DNA of 64,000 nucleotides from an uncultured delta proteobacterium (GTDB lineage: Bacteria; Myxococcota_A; Polyangia; Polyangiales; Polyangiaceae). The stretch spans positions 256,001 to 320,000 of the forward strand of contig CAVOKF010000007.1 in NCBI GenBank assembly GCA_963696385.1, given 5' to 3'. The notes beneath the pieces were generated by a model. The model did not search any database. It was given only the letters and a program-made list of their open reading frames with translations, and was not told the origin of the DNA. A program made the translations under genes and the position numbers. Of the stretch, positions 1-13,242 are shown piece by piece; the first letter of the stretch is position 1, and every line of letters begins with the position of its first letter.

Positions 1-335
1 GAGCGCAGGTGAAGTTTCTGTCTTTGGAGCCCCTTTTGAGTCCGCTTTCGGACCTTGACCTTCGATTCATCGACTGGGCAATCGTAGGAGGTGAATCGGG
101 GCCACGTGCCCGCGCAATGTCGCCCGCGTGGGTCATCGAGATCCGCAGCCAATGCAGGGCGGCAGGGGTGCCCTTCTTCTTCAAGCAGTGGGGGGGCAAG
201 AACAAGAAGAAGGCAGGGCGGCTGCTGGACGGACGAACTTGGGACGAGATGCCCGTTTCGCCGACTGTGTCGGCTCCCGGCGCTCGCTCCTTGCCTCTCC
301 ATTCCGAGCGTCCTGTCGAAGCTCGTAGAGGGTGA
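1..335 (+). CDS. DUF5131 / phage Gp37-Gp68 family protein, C-terminal part (5' end outside the window)
   Basis: Family motifs [42 protein letters not shown]. Confidence 0.85.
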   Translation, partial: AQVKFLSLEPLLSPLSDLDLRFIDWAIVGGESGPRARAMSPAWVIEIRSQCRAAGVPFFFKQWGGKNKKKAGRLLDGRTWDEMPVSPTVSAPGARSLPLHSERPVEARRG

Positions 336-708
336 GCCCAAGGTCGGAGTTCGGGAGACCTTCTCGTTTTCCGGCGCGCCCGCTTCCCGACGAAGACATG
401 CATGGTTCGCGTTTCCGGCGGCGGTACGCGAGAGGCGCGGGTGGCTTAGGTCGTCGCTTGGCCGTAACCGCGGTTTCCCGCTTCGTGCCGTTAAGCGGCA
501 GCCGTGCGCCCGTTTCCTCCCGCCCCCCTACGGACTCTCCACCTCGATTCGAAGGACGTGCGCGAGTCATGCGTCGACGGCCGCAAGGGACGCAGGGCAA
601 GCACGGACAGGGGTTCCCATGGCGGCGCAGGTGCGAAGACGGTTCGGAAGTAATCCCGTGAAATCGTCCGGCTATTGACGACGGAGGACAGACCTTGAAA
701 GAAACCGT

Positions 709-2544
709 ATGCCCAAACGTGGACGGACCCGCCCGGCGGCAGGGCTTGCTTCCCGGTTGAATCGGGTTCGGCGTATCCTGCTTGCCGTCGCGACCGGGAC
801 GTCTGTCGGAGGATGCATCCTCGCGCGTCCGGCGAGCCCGTCGGAGGCCTCGACAGAAGCGGCTGCGTCGCGTCCTACAGTGCAGTTCCCCGCTCCCGCC
901 GATCTGGAGCGATTGCCGAGTCTGCCTGCTCCCGCCGAGGCGTTCAGCACCGACGCGATTGCCGTCGATGACTGGGGTGTACCGGCTCCATCCGCGCAGG
1001 AGAGGGAGGGGCGCTCTCCCGACGCGCCTTGGCAAGACTATCTCCGGTCGACCGTCCTAGCCCATCGCGACACCCTGCGTGTCTCGCCCGAGCTTCGCTG
1101 CGCAGCAAGGGAGATCGCTCGCTTTCGAGTGGAAAAGGGGGGGCAACCGACCGAGCCTCTGCGCCGCTTCATGGTAGGACATTGCGGTGCGACGTCGCCG
1201 GACACGATGCCGATCGTCGTCGCCTTGACGGCGTCGTCTGCCCTCTCGGATCGGGGCGTCTACGAGCGGACGCGGCCGACGCTCGAGAAGCTCGTAGCCC
1301 ATGTCCTGGACTCTCCGCGCCGGCGCGCGATCGGACTTTCGAGCGGCCGAATGGGGTCGGAATTCGCCGTCGTCGCCCTCGTGGGAGGCGACGAAGTCGA
1401 CATGGGGGGTGAGCCGCGAACGATCGACGATAGCCGTCGCGTCGTCGTCGGCGGCAGCTTTCGAAGCGTCTTCGCCGATGCGGCGGCCTACATCAACCGC
1501 GGCGATTACGCGGTTGCCCCCTGCGAGCGGGATCCGACGGTTGCATTGCCACAATTTGCGTTTTCGTGTGCCATGGACAAGGCCGATCGGTCCGCGTGGA
1601 TGCAAGTCCTGGTTCGTCGCAGCGAGCGCATCTTGACCGAGAGCGTTGCGGATCTGCTGATCGAAGACCCGGCCAGCACGCCACTCGAGTACCGCGCGCG
1701 GAAGTTCGGACCGCCGGCGGAGGTGGACGACGCCCGAAGGCTCGGTCCTGCGCTGCTCGAAGCAATCAACCGTGTTCGCGCGGCAGGGCAGCTCGCGTCG
1801 CTCGTCCTGGAGCCGGCCGAGAGTGCGTTGAGCACGCAGCTCGCCGGCACGATGATCGACGCCGATATCCATGGGCGTGGAAGCGAAGCAGACGCGATCG
1901 CGCTTGGCCTTTTGGCCGGGTGGAAAGTGGGTGGAACGATTCGCGGCGGCAACCTTTTTGTCGGGCTCGCGGCACCCACTCGGGACGTGAACACATGGCT
2001 CGAAGTCGCGCTCGCGCGCCCCGTCGGACGCGTCGCTTTGCTGGACCCCGACGCCCGGCATGTTGCGATCGGTCCGGCGCTCCCGGGCAATGGGTCGAAG
2101 GCGATCGGGGCGGTCGTCACCACCTATTCGTTGTTCGAATCGTCGAATCACGACGCCGACGTATCTCGAATCGTCGCGCGAGTCGCTTCAGCCCGTGCGG
2201 CGCGCGGCGTAACCCCCTTGGCTCGTGTGGACGGAGGGCGTGAGCTCGTTGAGGGAGCGCAAACGGTTTTGGCGGGAACGCGCGAGCCCATGGCGGTGCT
2301 TCGGTTTGCGCTCCAAGGCCTTGCCCAACGGACCGGCGGGACCGTATCCGGCTACGTTGTCGAAGGAAACGACGTCGACACGATACCCATCCCGGACCCG
2401 TTGCTTCACATACCCAAGGGCAGTCTGGTCGTGCAGGTGACACATCACCGTGTGGCAGGCGCAGCATGGGGGCAATACGTCGTCTTTTTCTTGCTCGCGC
2501 GAACGACCGACGAGACCCAACTGCCAAACGTCGTTGGACTGTAA
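709..2544 (+). CDS. Hypothetical exported/lipoprotein (myxobacterial type, possibly CAP-like domains)
   Basis: 611-aa ORF; basic N-region, hydrophobic stretch and VGGC lipobox-like motif; ALLEAINRVRAAGQLASL resembles a CAP/SCP domain start. Confidence 0.55.
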   Translation: MPKRGRTRPAAGLASRLNRVRRILLAVATGTSVGGCILARPASPSEASTEAAASRPTVQFPAPADLERLPSLPAPAEAFSTDAIAVDDWGVPAPSAQEREGRSPDAPWQDYLRSTVLAHRDTLRVSPELRCAAREIARFRVEKGGQPTEPLRRFMVGHCGATSPDTMPIVVALTASSALSDRGVYERTRPTLEKLVAHVLDSPRRRAIGLSSGRMGSEFAVVALVGGDEVDMGGEPRTIDDSRRVVVGGSFRSVFADAAAYINRGDYAVAPCERDPTVALPQFAFSCAMDKADRSAWMQVLVRRSERILTESVADLLIEDPASTPLEYRARKFGPPAEVDDARRLGPALLEAINRVRAAGQLASLVLEPAESALSTQLAGTMIDADIHGRGSEADAIALGLLAGWKVGGTIRGGNLFVGLAAPTRDVNTWLEVALARPVGRVALLDPDARHVAIGPALPGNGSKAIGAVVTTYSLFESSNHDADVSRIVARVASARAARGVTPLARVDGGRELVEGAQTVLAGTREPMAVLRFALQGLAQRTGGTVSGYVVEGNDVDTIPIPDPLLHIPKGSLVVQVTHHRVAGAAWGQYVVFFLLARTTDETQLPNVVGL

Positions 2545-2659
2545 CGCGGCGGATCTCCGTTTGCGGCCCCGTCCCGCCCGAAAGCAATACCACCCTACGC
2601 GGCGAGAGGCATCGGAGCGCCACACGCGTCTTCGATTCGAAAGTTGACCGCAGCTTCCC

Positions 2660-2687
2660 TTGACGGTGCCGGGGGGATGATTACGTT
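2660..2687 (+). promoter_or_regulatory. Putative sigma70-type promoter of groESL
   Basis: TTGACG (2660-2665), 16-bp spacer, TACGTT (2682-2687), just upstream of the CIRCE. Confidence 0.5.
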
Positions 2688-2699
2688 CGCGGCCAAGTT

Positions 2700-2726
2700 T
2701 TAGCACTCTGGGTTGATGAGTGCCAG
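2700..2726 (+). promoter_or_regulatory. CIRCE element (HrcA operator)
   Basis: TTAGCACTC-N9-GAGTGCCAG versus consensus TTAGCACTC-N9-GAGTGCTAA, about 100 bp upstream of groES. Confidence 0.92.
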
Positions 2727-2824
2727 CGAACCTGCGGAATCGATTCGCGCGGGCGTCCATCGCGCGGTCGCGGTGACCCGCCCGCGCCCACGATCTCGCA
2801 TCCAACCGTCAACGAGGAGAGTCA

Positions 2825-4874
<2,050 letters not shown>

Positions 4875-4900
4875 GCCGACCCCCACACCCGGTGGTTTCG

Positions 4901-4928
4901 GGCGGGCTGCAGCCGCGAGCAGCCCGCC
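4901..4928 (+). terminator. GC-rich stem-loop after groEL (possible terminator or stabiliser)
   Basis: Perfect 10-bp stem GGCGGGCTGC/GCAGCCCGCC with 8-nt loop; no U-tract. Confidence 0.4.
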
Positions 4929-5064
4929 GCATCCGGGGTGCGGTGCCGGCCGCGGTCCCATACCGCGGCGCGCTCGCGATGGATCGTCCTGATTCGACGG
5001 CCGTCGCAGTGAGTATTGCCTTGCCCCGCAGCAGCGATAGATTCGGGCACGAGCGGTTGACCCG

Positions 5065-8000
5065 GTGAGTCCAACGAACAAATGGGATGTGCAGCGGCTC
5101 CAGACGCAAACGGAGCCCGCGTCGCACACACCCATGAACTCACCGAGCCGGAGCGTCATGGCGAAGCACTTCGCCCTCGTTCGACGACTCGGTCACGGCG
5201 GCTTCGGCGACGTCTATGAGGCGATCGACCTTCGCGACCAAGGAAGCGTCGCCCTGAAAGTCTTGCGCGATGCGCAGCCCCAATGGATCGAGCGATTCAA
5301 ACGGGAGTTTCGCACCATGCAGGGCATCAGCCACCCCAATCTCGTGCGACTCGACGAGCTTTTCTTCGACGACGAAGGCCCGGCATGGTTCTTCACGATG
5401 GAGCTCATCGACGGAACGGATCTGACGTCGTTCGTGCGATGTGCCGCTCCGACGATTCCCGACGAGAGCGCGAAACGTCGGGTCGAGCCGGTGAGCTGGG
5501 TCTCGACTGCGCGCGACGCCGATGCCGCGGCAGGCGCCATCGGGGCGTGCTTCGACGAGACTCGCCTTCGCGAGTCGTTGAGACAGCTGCTCGACGCATT
5601 GATCGTGCTGCACGGCGCGGGAATGGTGCACCGCGACATCAAGCCATCCAACGTGATGGCCACGGCCGAGGGACGAATCGTGCTGCTCGATTTCGGGCTG
5701 CTGATCGACCGCTTCGGCGAGTCCATGACGTCGGGCGTTCTCGGAACGCCCTCGTTCATGGCCCCCGAACAAGCGCGATTCAATTTCGAGGCGAACCCGG
5801 CCGCCGACATCTATTCGGTGGGCGTGCTGCTCTATCACCTTTTGACGGGGCGGTTGCCCTTCGAGGGCCGTGATCTTCAGTTCGTCCTCATGGGCAACCG
5901 CATGCTGACCCCTGCACCCCCCCAGGCCGTGGCAAGGGCCGTCCCCGAGGACCTCGCTCACCTGTGCCTGGCCATGCTGCGACTCGAAGCCTCGCGGCGG
6001 CCGACCGCCATCGAGGTAAAGCGTCTCCTGCTCGACGCGCAAGCGGTGCCGCGCGTCGGGTCGAGGAGTTCCCCCAGCTCGGAGCTCGTGGGGCGACAAG
6101 CGGAGCTCGATCGGTTGCGAGCCGCGCTCGAGACAGCCGCGAAGGGCGAGCTCGCCACCGTAATCGTGACCGGCGAATCCGGAATCGGCAAGTCGACGCT
6201 CATCCGGCACTTCATGCGGGAGCTTCGAGGCGAACGCGGCGACGTGACCCTGCTCGAGGGGCGGTGCTACGAGCGCGAGTCGGTCCCCTACAAGGCGATC
6301 GATGCCATCGTCGATGCGTTGAGCCGACGCTTGTCGCAACTGCCCGCCCACGAGGCTGCGCGGCTTCTGCCGGCCCGCAGCGCGGCGTTGGCTCAGATAT
6401 TTCCGGTCATGGGCCGGCTGGAGCCGGTCGCGCGCGAACACGCGACCTTCGCCCAGAACGGCGACCCGAGCGAGCTGCGGAAGCTGGCGTTTTCGGCGCT
6501 CCGCGAGCTCTTTACGCGAATCGCGCTGCGCGGACCCACGGTCGTCGCCATCGACGACTTGCAGTGGGCCGACGACGACGGGCTTCGCGCGCTCGACGAG
6601 AATCCTTCGTCTCCCCGATCCTCCGCCTTTGCTCGTCATCGGCGTCGTCCGGAGCGGCGAAGGGAGCGACGTGGCTCGCGAGCGATTGCGGCAGTCCGGC
6701 TTCGCGTCCTCGACCATCCTCGAGCTCGGCGGACTCAGCCTCGACGAAGGTCGCACCCTCGCAACTCGGCTGCTCGGGCCGCAACTGGGGCTCGTCGATC
6801 CAACGCGCATCGCGACCGAAGCGGCCGGGCACCCGCTCTTCGTCGAGGAGCTCGCGCGCCATGCCCTCACGGGCACGGTCGGCACCGACCGTCTGCACCT
6901 CGATGGCGCGCTCCGATCGCGCATCGAGCAGCTCGAGCCGCGAGCCCGCCGCACAGCCGAATTCGTGGCCCTGGCGGGCACGCCGCTCGCTCACGAGATT
7001 CTGGCAAGGTCGACGGGGAGCTCCGTTTCGGAGCTGAAGCAGTATGTCGCCGTCTTGCGATCCGCGAGCCTCGTCCGAACGAGCGGGGGGCGATGGGGCG
7101 ACGCCGTCGAGCCCTATCATGACCGCATTCGAGAGGCCGCCGTCGCCGAGCTCGGCTCCGAACAGCGCCGAGAGATGCACGAGGCTCTCGCGCTCGCCAT
7201 CGAGGGGACGTCGACCGCCGATCCCGAGGCGCTCGCGACCCACTGGAAGGAGGCTGGGCGGCCCGCCAAGGCCGCGGAATATGCCGCCGCCGCCGGCGCG
7301 CAGGCACTCAAAGCCTTCGCCTTTGATCGCGCCGCGCGCTGGTACCAACAGGCCCTCTCGCTTCTCCCGCAAGGGACCGCCCTGCACCGCGACCTCCGAG
7401 TTTGGCTCGGTGAGGCGCTCGCGGGAGCCGGACGAGGGGCGCTCGCCGCGGCTCACTTCGAGGCCGCCGCCCTGCAGGCGTCCCCCATCGATGCGCTGCA
7501 GTTGCGCAGACGGGCCGCCGACCAACTCTTGCGCAGCGGACGCATCGACGAGGGGATCGCCTTGCTTCGGACGGTCCTCGCGGCCATGGGGATCGCCATG
7601 GCCGAAGGCCCGAACGCGACCCTCGCTTCGCTGCTCTTTTACCGTGTCCGTCTCACCCTGCGGGGGTTGCGCTTTTCGGTTCGGGAGGAGACCGAGGTCG
7701 ATGCCGAGCTGCTCCGTCGCATCGACGCCTTGTGGTCGGTCGCGGCCGGGCTGAGCGTCGTCGACGTCGTGCGCAGCGCAGACTTCCACACGCGGGGCCT
7801 GCTGCTCGCGCTCGATGCCGGGGAGCCCGATCGGCTTTCACGGGCCCTGGCCATGGAGGCCGCGATGCGGGGCATCGAAGGGGGCCCGAGCCGCGCGCGA
7901 GCACCGGAGCTGCTCGAGATGGCCGAGCGACTCGCGCGCCGCAACGCACGCCCGGAAACCGAAGCGTGGATCGCGCTCACGAGCTCCGCGATCGCCATGC

Positions 8001-8873
8001 ACACGGGTCGTTTCGAGGACTCGCTGCGCTTCGCGACGGACGCGGAGGCGATGTTTCGCGAGCGCTGCGAGGGCCCGACGCGGAAAGTTGCCGACGCGCG
8101 AGCCTTCGGCCTGTGGGCGCTCGCGTTTCTTGGGCGCCTCGGTGAGCTCGCGCGCCGGATCCCGGCGCTGCTCCGCGACGCGATCGAACGGGACGACCTC
8201 TTCGCACAGATCGGCGTGGGCCTGGGCCCGACCCACGTGGCATGGCTGGCGCGAGACGACGCTCGGACCATGCGTCAAACCTGCGCGGACGCCATGCAGC
8301 GATGGACGCAGGCCGGCTTCCACTTCCAGCACCTGTGCGCGCTTTTCTCTCTCACTTCCGCCGATCTCTACGAGGGCGATGCCGCTGCCGCCTCCGCGCG
8401 CGTCGAGGCCGGGTGGGCGAGCGTGCGAAGGTCTCTCCAGCTCCGCACCCAGTTCGTGCGGATCGACTGTTGGTACCTGCGCGGGCGCGCCGCCGTCTCG
8501 CTGGCGTTCACCGACCCGAAAGCACACGCCCCTGCTCTGCGACGAGCGAGGGGCGCCGCGGCCCGCATTGAACGCGAGAAGATGGCCTGGTCGCAAGGAT
8601 TGCCCCACGCGCTGCACGCTGCGATAGCGCAAATCGGCGGCCATACCCCGGAGGCCGTGAAGTGGCTCGAGCTCGGCGAACGGGCTTTTCTTGCCGCGTC
8701 GATGCGCATGCATGCGGCGTCGTGCGCCTATCAGCGCGCGCTGCTCACGGGCGAGCAGGACCCGACGAGGGGTGAGGCCGTGCTGCGCGAAGAAGGGGTT
8801 CGTGATCCTGCCCGGTTCGCGAACGTGCTCGTGCCGATGCGCCGGATTCGAGCCTCCGACCGCAAGCGCCTGA
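5065..8873 (+). CDS. Ser/Thr protein kinase-AAA ATPase-TPR-like protein, with apparent +1 frameshifts at ~6601 and ~8847
   Basis: Kinase motifs GHGGFG, VALK, HRDIKPSN, DFG, APE; Walker A GESGIGKS and Walker B IDDLQW; continues in the +1 frame (GHPLFVEEL, HDRIRE); removing one base at each site gives one ORF ending at TGA 8873. Confidence 0.8.
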
Positions 8874-8972
8874 AGACGCCGCCGATCGCGACGAGAGCGG
8901 CAGCCTACGTCGCTCGAGACAGGAACGAAGTGGCTATTGCGCGCAAGGCGCGACCATGGTCAAGACGTCGGC

Positions 8973-10694
8973 ATGTCGACGCTTTCCCGGCGCGACCTTC
9001 TCGTCGCAACAGCCAGCGCGCTCGGGTCGGCGAGCTGCGCGCACGCGATCCCCGACTCCACGTGTGCCTCGAACTATGTGGCGCCCGACTCCGGGCCTTG
9101 CCCCTGCCCGGCTTCCGATGCCGGCGCGGCGTCGGCGCCTGCATCGGCCGCACCGTCCGGATGTGAGCTCTTCGCCTACGACGAGATTGAGCGCGAGTCG
9201 CCCCATGCCGTGTTTCATCCGACCGGCGAGGCGGACTTGGCGAGGTTGCTCCAGCAGATTTCCGCCGATCGAGGCGATCGGAGCGTGACCGTACGCGGCG
9301 GCGGCTTGTCGCTCGATAGCCAATCTCTCGGCAAGGACATCGTCCTCATCCTCGACCAGAAAGACCTCTGCACGATCGGGCTGCCCAAGCGCGACGAGAA
9401 GGGCTTTCACATGACCGTCGGGGCTGGCGCCCGATGGTGGGACGTCATCACTGCCCTTGGGCCGCTCGGCCTGATGCCCCCCTCGCTCCAGACCGGAGGC
9501 GACGCCACGGTAGGCGGCACGCTTTCGGCCGATTGCGTGTCGCGCATGTCGGCCATCGTTGGCAAAGAGGGATCTCACGTTCGCAGCTTCCGAATGGTCC
9601 TTGCGAACGGTGAGGTCGTGAGCGGGTGTCGCGACAGCGACGACCCTCAGCAGAAAGAGCTCTATCACGCCGTCATCGGCGGATTCGGCTACCTGGGCGT
9701 CGTCACCGAAGTGACCTTCGACCTCGTCGCTGCCCGAAAGGACGCGGGCGTCTGTGGCTTAGAGCCCCGCGTCTTTACGCGCGCGACGCGCTTTGCTCCG
9801 ACCGGCGATTGGGATGCGATCTTCCGTTCTCTGCAATCCAAAAGCAGGGACCGGCGGCTCTCGTACATGAGGCACAGAGAATCGCACCACGGCTTTTTGC
9901 CCCGCGATGGGCGCGCGCAGCCGGTCAGCACGCCGGAGTGGTCCGCCCTTTCGGTCGCTTGCTTTTTGGCCGGGTACAGCCTCGAAGCGAATCTGCTCGA
10001 ACAACGCTACACGCTCGACGCCCTCCGCCCGACCCCCGACGGCATCTACGCGAAGGACGGTTCCCTCAATGCTTTCGCCGAGCGAGTGGACAGTTTTTGG
10101 CAGACGGCAGCGGAGCTCGTCCTCGATTTCGGTTGGCCCCAGGGGGAGTTCGTCGACGACCTGTTCGGGTGGGCGTTCTTCTTCGGGAACTCCACCAAGA
10201 AGGCAAAGGCTGAAGCCCATGCTCTCGGCTACCGCCTGAACTGCATCCAGCAGTCGTTCGTCTTGCCGAGCGGTCCCGAAGATCGTCGGCCGGACACCCG
10301 ACCGGCGCAGCGGTTCATCGAGCTCATCCTTGCCCGGTCGCACGCCGCGGATCTCCGGCCCGGACCGATCGATTTTCTCTACGTGGGAAGCGAAGGCGAC
10401 ACCTCCGTGATGTCGGCAAGTCGCGGGCTTCCCGGCTTCGTCATCACTCTCGCCTTCGCCGACCGAAACCGTACGACGCTGAGCCCCCCGATCGACGATC
10501 TGCTGCGGGCGCTCAGCAGCGATTGCCGCTTGCTCGGCGGGCGGGTGCACCTCGTGAAGAACGTGGCCGCGGACCCCGGCGATTTGCGGGCGATGCACGG
10601 CGACGCGGCGCGGCAATTTCGTGAAATCAAAGCGAAGTACGACCCGCGGGGCATTTTTCGTAACGAGTTCTTCTCGAGAGTGTTCGAAGCATGA
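8973..10694 (+). CDS. FAD-linked oxidase (VAO/PCMH, ALO/DprE1-like) with Tat signal
   Basis: MSTLSRRDLL Tat motif; VRGGGLS, TVGGTLS, IGGFGYLGVVTEVT, GGRVHLVK, KYDPRGIFRN. Confidence 0.85.
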   Translation: MSTLSRRDLLVATASALGSASCAHAIPDSTCASNYVAPDSGPCPCPASDAGAASAPASAAPSGCELFAYDEIERESPHAVFHPTGEADLARLLQQISADRGDRSVTVRGGGLSLDSQSLGKDIVLILDQKDLCTIGLPKRDEKGFHMTVGAGARWWDVITALGPLGLMPPSLQTGGDATVGGTLSADCVSRMSAIVGKEGSHVRSFRMVLANGEVVSGCRDSDDPQQKELYHAVIGGFGYLGVVTEVTFDLVAARKDAGVCGLEPRVFTRATRFAPTGDWDAIFRSLQSKSRDRRLSYMRHRESHHGFLPRDGRAQPVSTPEWSALSVACFLAGYSLEANLLEQRYTLDALRPTPDGIYAKDGSLNAFAERVDSFWQTAAELVLDFGWPQGEFVDDLFGWAFFFGNSTKKAKAEAHALGYRLNCIQQSFVLPSGPEDRRPDTRPAQRFIELILARSHAADLRPGPIDFLYVGSEGDTSVMSASRGLPGFVITLAFADRNRTTLSPPIDDLLRALSSDCRLLGGRVHLVKNVAADPGDLRAMHGDAARQFREIKAKYDPRGIFRNEFFSRVFEA

Positions 10695-12220
10695 TTTCGA
10701 GCCCGAACACGCGAATCTGCAGCGTGCTGGGGGGCTTGGCTGTATTGGCCGCGGGTCCGTCCGCGACCGCGGCCGACGCCAACCCTGCGGCGGCCCCGCT
10801 TTCCGACCCCCCGCCTCCGCCCATCGTGACCGACTTGCGGCCTCTGCCCCTCTTCGGGGACAAGGACGGGATTCTCTATCTGCGCGATCCGCTCGACATC
10901 CTACGCCTGTATCCGCAAGCCCAGGTCGACCTCGACGGCCACGGGTCTCTCGGCGCGCACGTCAACACGCTGCCTGCCTCCCAGGCCGGCGTCGACCTCG
11001 CGCCGCGCTTCTTCGTGCGGCGCGCCCGTCTCGAGCTCGCGGGCGAAGCGTTTCTTCGGAGCACCTTCGACGTGGGGCTCGACCTCGTGGCGAACCCCGC
11101 CATCGACGGTTCCCGCGTCGACGGGAACCGCACCGTCGTGGCGCTCGCAAACGCGTGGGGCGAGCTCGAGGCTGGACGCGGCTTGCGGCTGATGGGCGGC
11201 GTCTTCCCGGCACCCTTCTCGCTCGAGAACCGCACCGCCACGAGCGACCTCGCCATGATGGAGCGCAACGTCGCGATCCGCGGGTTCGTCGTCCCCGGGG
11301 GGCCGGTGCTCGGTGCGGCCATCGGCGGGTCGACCCGGCGCGAGGTCATCGAGTGGAACGCCGGCGTCTTTACGTCCGAGACGCAATCCCCCGGTGACTT
11401 CGTACCGTACTTCGACGGCATCGGACGCGTCACGTGGCGGCCGTGGGTCCACGACGACGCGGGCGTACCGGAAAGGTTGCAGATCGGCGCGAGCTTGCGC
11501 GTCGGCTCTCGCGATCGCCGCGACGCCGACGACGACGCTCCCGCGATCGATAGCGGGCAGGGCTTTGCGATGTGGCGCCCGACGCGCATCGACGCCCTTG
11601 GGCGCACTCTGCACATCATTCCTTCGTCCACACAGTGGGCCGGGGGCGGCGAAGCGAGCTTGCTGCTTCGGGGCTGGGGTTTTCGCGGCGAGGCGTACTA
11701 CGTTTCCCGAGACACCCACGAAGCACTCGACGGCTTGCAGGCCGTGGACGTCGAGCGGGCCGGCAACCTCCACGGCATTGGCGCGTACGTCGAGGCGTCG
11801 TGGTGGCCTCTGCAGTGGTTTCGCCTCATCGACGGCCGACGGCCCGAGATCGGGGAGTACCCGCAGCGCACGCACCTCGAACTCGCCGAGCTTGGGCCCA
11901 AACCGGACCTCGAGGGGCTCGAGGTCGCGCTCCTCGTGGCGGATGTACATGCCCAGTACGACGCCGCATCACGCAGTGGTGTCCCGGACCCCACAGCCCC
12001 GCCTTCGCGGATCGAAATCGTGCAGCTCGGCGTGGCGGTCAATTTTTGGAGAACGAGAAACGTCCGCCTCAGCCTGAGCGCCAGCGGCTATTGGGCCCCC
12101 CATAGCGGCGAGCCCGGCAACCTTGCCGTCGTCCCTGGCACGCTGCCCTCAAGCATCCCGCCCAACCTGTCCATGCCGTTTTTCGTGGAAATGGGCGCAC
12201 GCACGACCTTCCTCTTCTGA
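10691..12220 (+). CDS. Outer-membrane porin (OprO/OprP-like beta-barrel)
   Basis: Signal peptide; FFVRRARLEL, PFSLENRT, MERN motifs; C-terminal Phe; ATGA overlap with the oxidase gene. Confidence 0.7.
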   Translation: MISSPNTRICSVLGGLAVLAAGPSATAADANPAAAPLSDPPPPPIVTDLRPLPLFGDKDGILYLRDPLDILRLYPQAQVDLDGHGSLGAHVNTLPASQAGVDLAPRFFVRRARLELAGEAFLRSTFDVGLDLVANPAIDGSRVDGNRTVVALANAWGELEAGRGLRLMGGVFPAPFSLENRTATSDLAMMERNVAIRGFVVPGGPVLGAAIGGSTRREVIEWNAGVFTSETQSPGDFVPYFDGIGRVTWRPWVHDDAGVPERLQIGASLRVGSRDRRDADDDAPAIDSGQGFAMWRPTRIDALGRTLHIIPSSTQWAGGGEASLLLRGWGFRGEAYYVSRDTHEALDGLQAVDVERAGNLHGIGAYVEASWWPLQWFRLIDGRRPEIGEYPQRTHLELAELGPKPDLEGLEVALLVADVHAQYDAASRSGVPDPTAPPSRIEIVQLGVAVNFWRTRNVRLSLSASGYWAPHSGEPGNLAVVPGTLPSSIPPNLSMPFFVEMGARTTFLF

Positions 12221-12294
12221 GCGGGGCGCCGACATCCCGGCCGGCTCGAACGTCGCCACCGCGGGGTCGCGATCGGGCGCGGCGCGCGGATTCC

Positions 12295-12897
12295 CTACGC
12301 ATCGGTGTCCCACTTCGCGATCCTGGCGATTTCCCTATGTCGGAAGCAGTCCACGACATGGTCATTGACCATGCCGACGGCCTGCATGTGCGCGTAGATG
12401 ATGGTCGACCCCACGAAGGTGAAGCCGCGGCTCTTCAGATCCTTGCTCATGGCGTCGGACTGGGCGCTGCGAGCGGGGATCTCGCCCGCGGTTTGCCGGC
12501 GATTGTGGACCGGGCGGCCGTCGACGAAGCGCCACTGGTACGCGTCGAAGCTGCCAAACTCCGCTTGCACATCGAGAAACGCCTTGGCGTTCTTGATCGC
12601 CGATTCAATCTTCGCTCGATTGCGCACGATTCCAGCATCGGCCAGCAACGCCCCGACTTTGCGCGTGTCGTAGCGGGCGACTTTCCGCGGGTCGAACTGG
12701 TCGAACGCGCGCCGGTACGCATCCCTCTTGCGCAGGATCGTTATCCAGCTGAGCCCAGCCTGGGCACCTTCAAGGACGAGAAACTCGAAAAGGGCGCGAT
12801 CGTCGCGTACGGGAACGCCCCACTCTTCGTCGTGGTAGGCGACGTACAACGGGTCGGTGCCTGACCAGGTGCAGCGTTTCTTCACGAGTGCAGTCAC
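12295..12897 (-). CDS. tag: DNA-3-methyladenine glycosylase I
   Basis: RCTW, YHDEEWG, LEGAQAGLSW, IVRNRAKI, GFTFVGSTIIYA, GMVNDH..C. Confidence 0.96.
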   Translation of the reverse strand: MTALVKKRCTWSGTDPLYVAYHDEEWGVPVRDDRALFEFLVLEGAQAGLSWITILRKRDAYRRAFDQFDPRKVARYDTRKVGALLADAGIVRNRAKIESAIKNAKAFLDVQAEFGSFDAYQWRFVDGRPVHNRRQTAGEIPARSAQSDAMSKDLKSRGFTFVGSTIIYAHMQAVGMVNDHVVDCFRHREIARIAKWDTDA

Positions 12898-13242
12898 CGT
12901 TCACCCCAACGAGCCGCGCCCTGGTCCAAGAGAGACCGTCTGCGGCGTTCGGTCTCGCCGACCCCACCTCTAGCGGCTCTTCTTCTTCGCGGCCAGTGCG
13001 GCGGCGGCACCGCCCCGCAGCACGCAAGCGGCGCGCCCGCGGGCGACGCATGCCTCGAGCCAGCTGTCGAGAGGCCCGGCGCCGAAGGTGCGTCGACCTT
13101 TTGGGGCCGAGCGCACTGCCCCTCTATCGATTGACAGCAGGAGGGCTCCGGGCCAAAAGGCGACATCGGTAGCACCGCCATCCTGCGCTCGCGCCGACCC
13201 CGAAAACCGAGTGCTCGTCAGAGATCGAGCAGGAGCTGTCCT

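Noticed and set aside
336..708. Short ORFs or ncRNA in the DUF5131-downstream spacer
   Set aside because: No recognisable protein motif, tRNA or riboswitch pattern.
8874..9166. C-terminal extension of ORF 6629..9166
   Set aside because: It overlaps the Tat oxidase start, reads like off-frame sequence, and disappears when the GATTC site at 8845-8849 is corrected.
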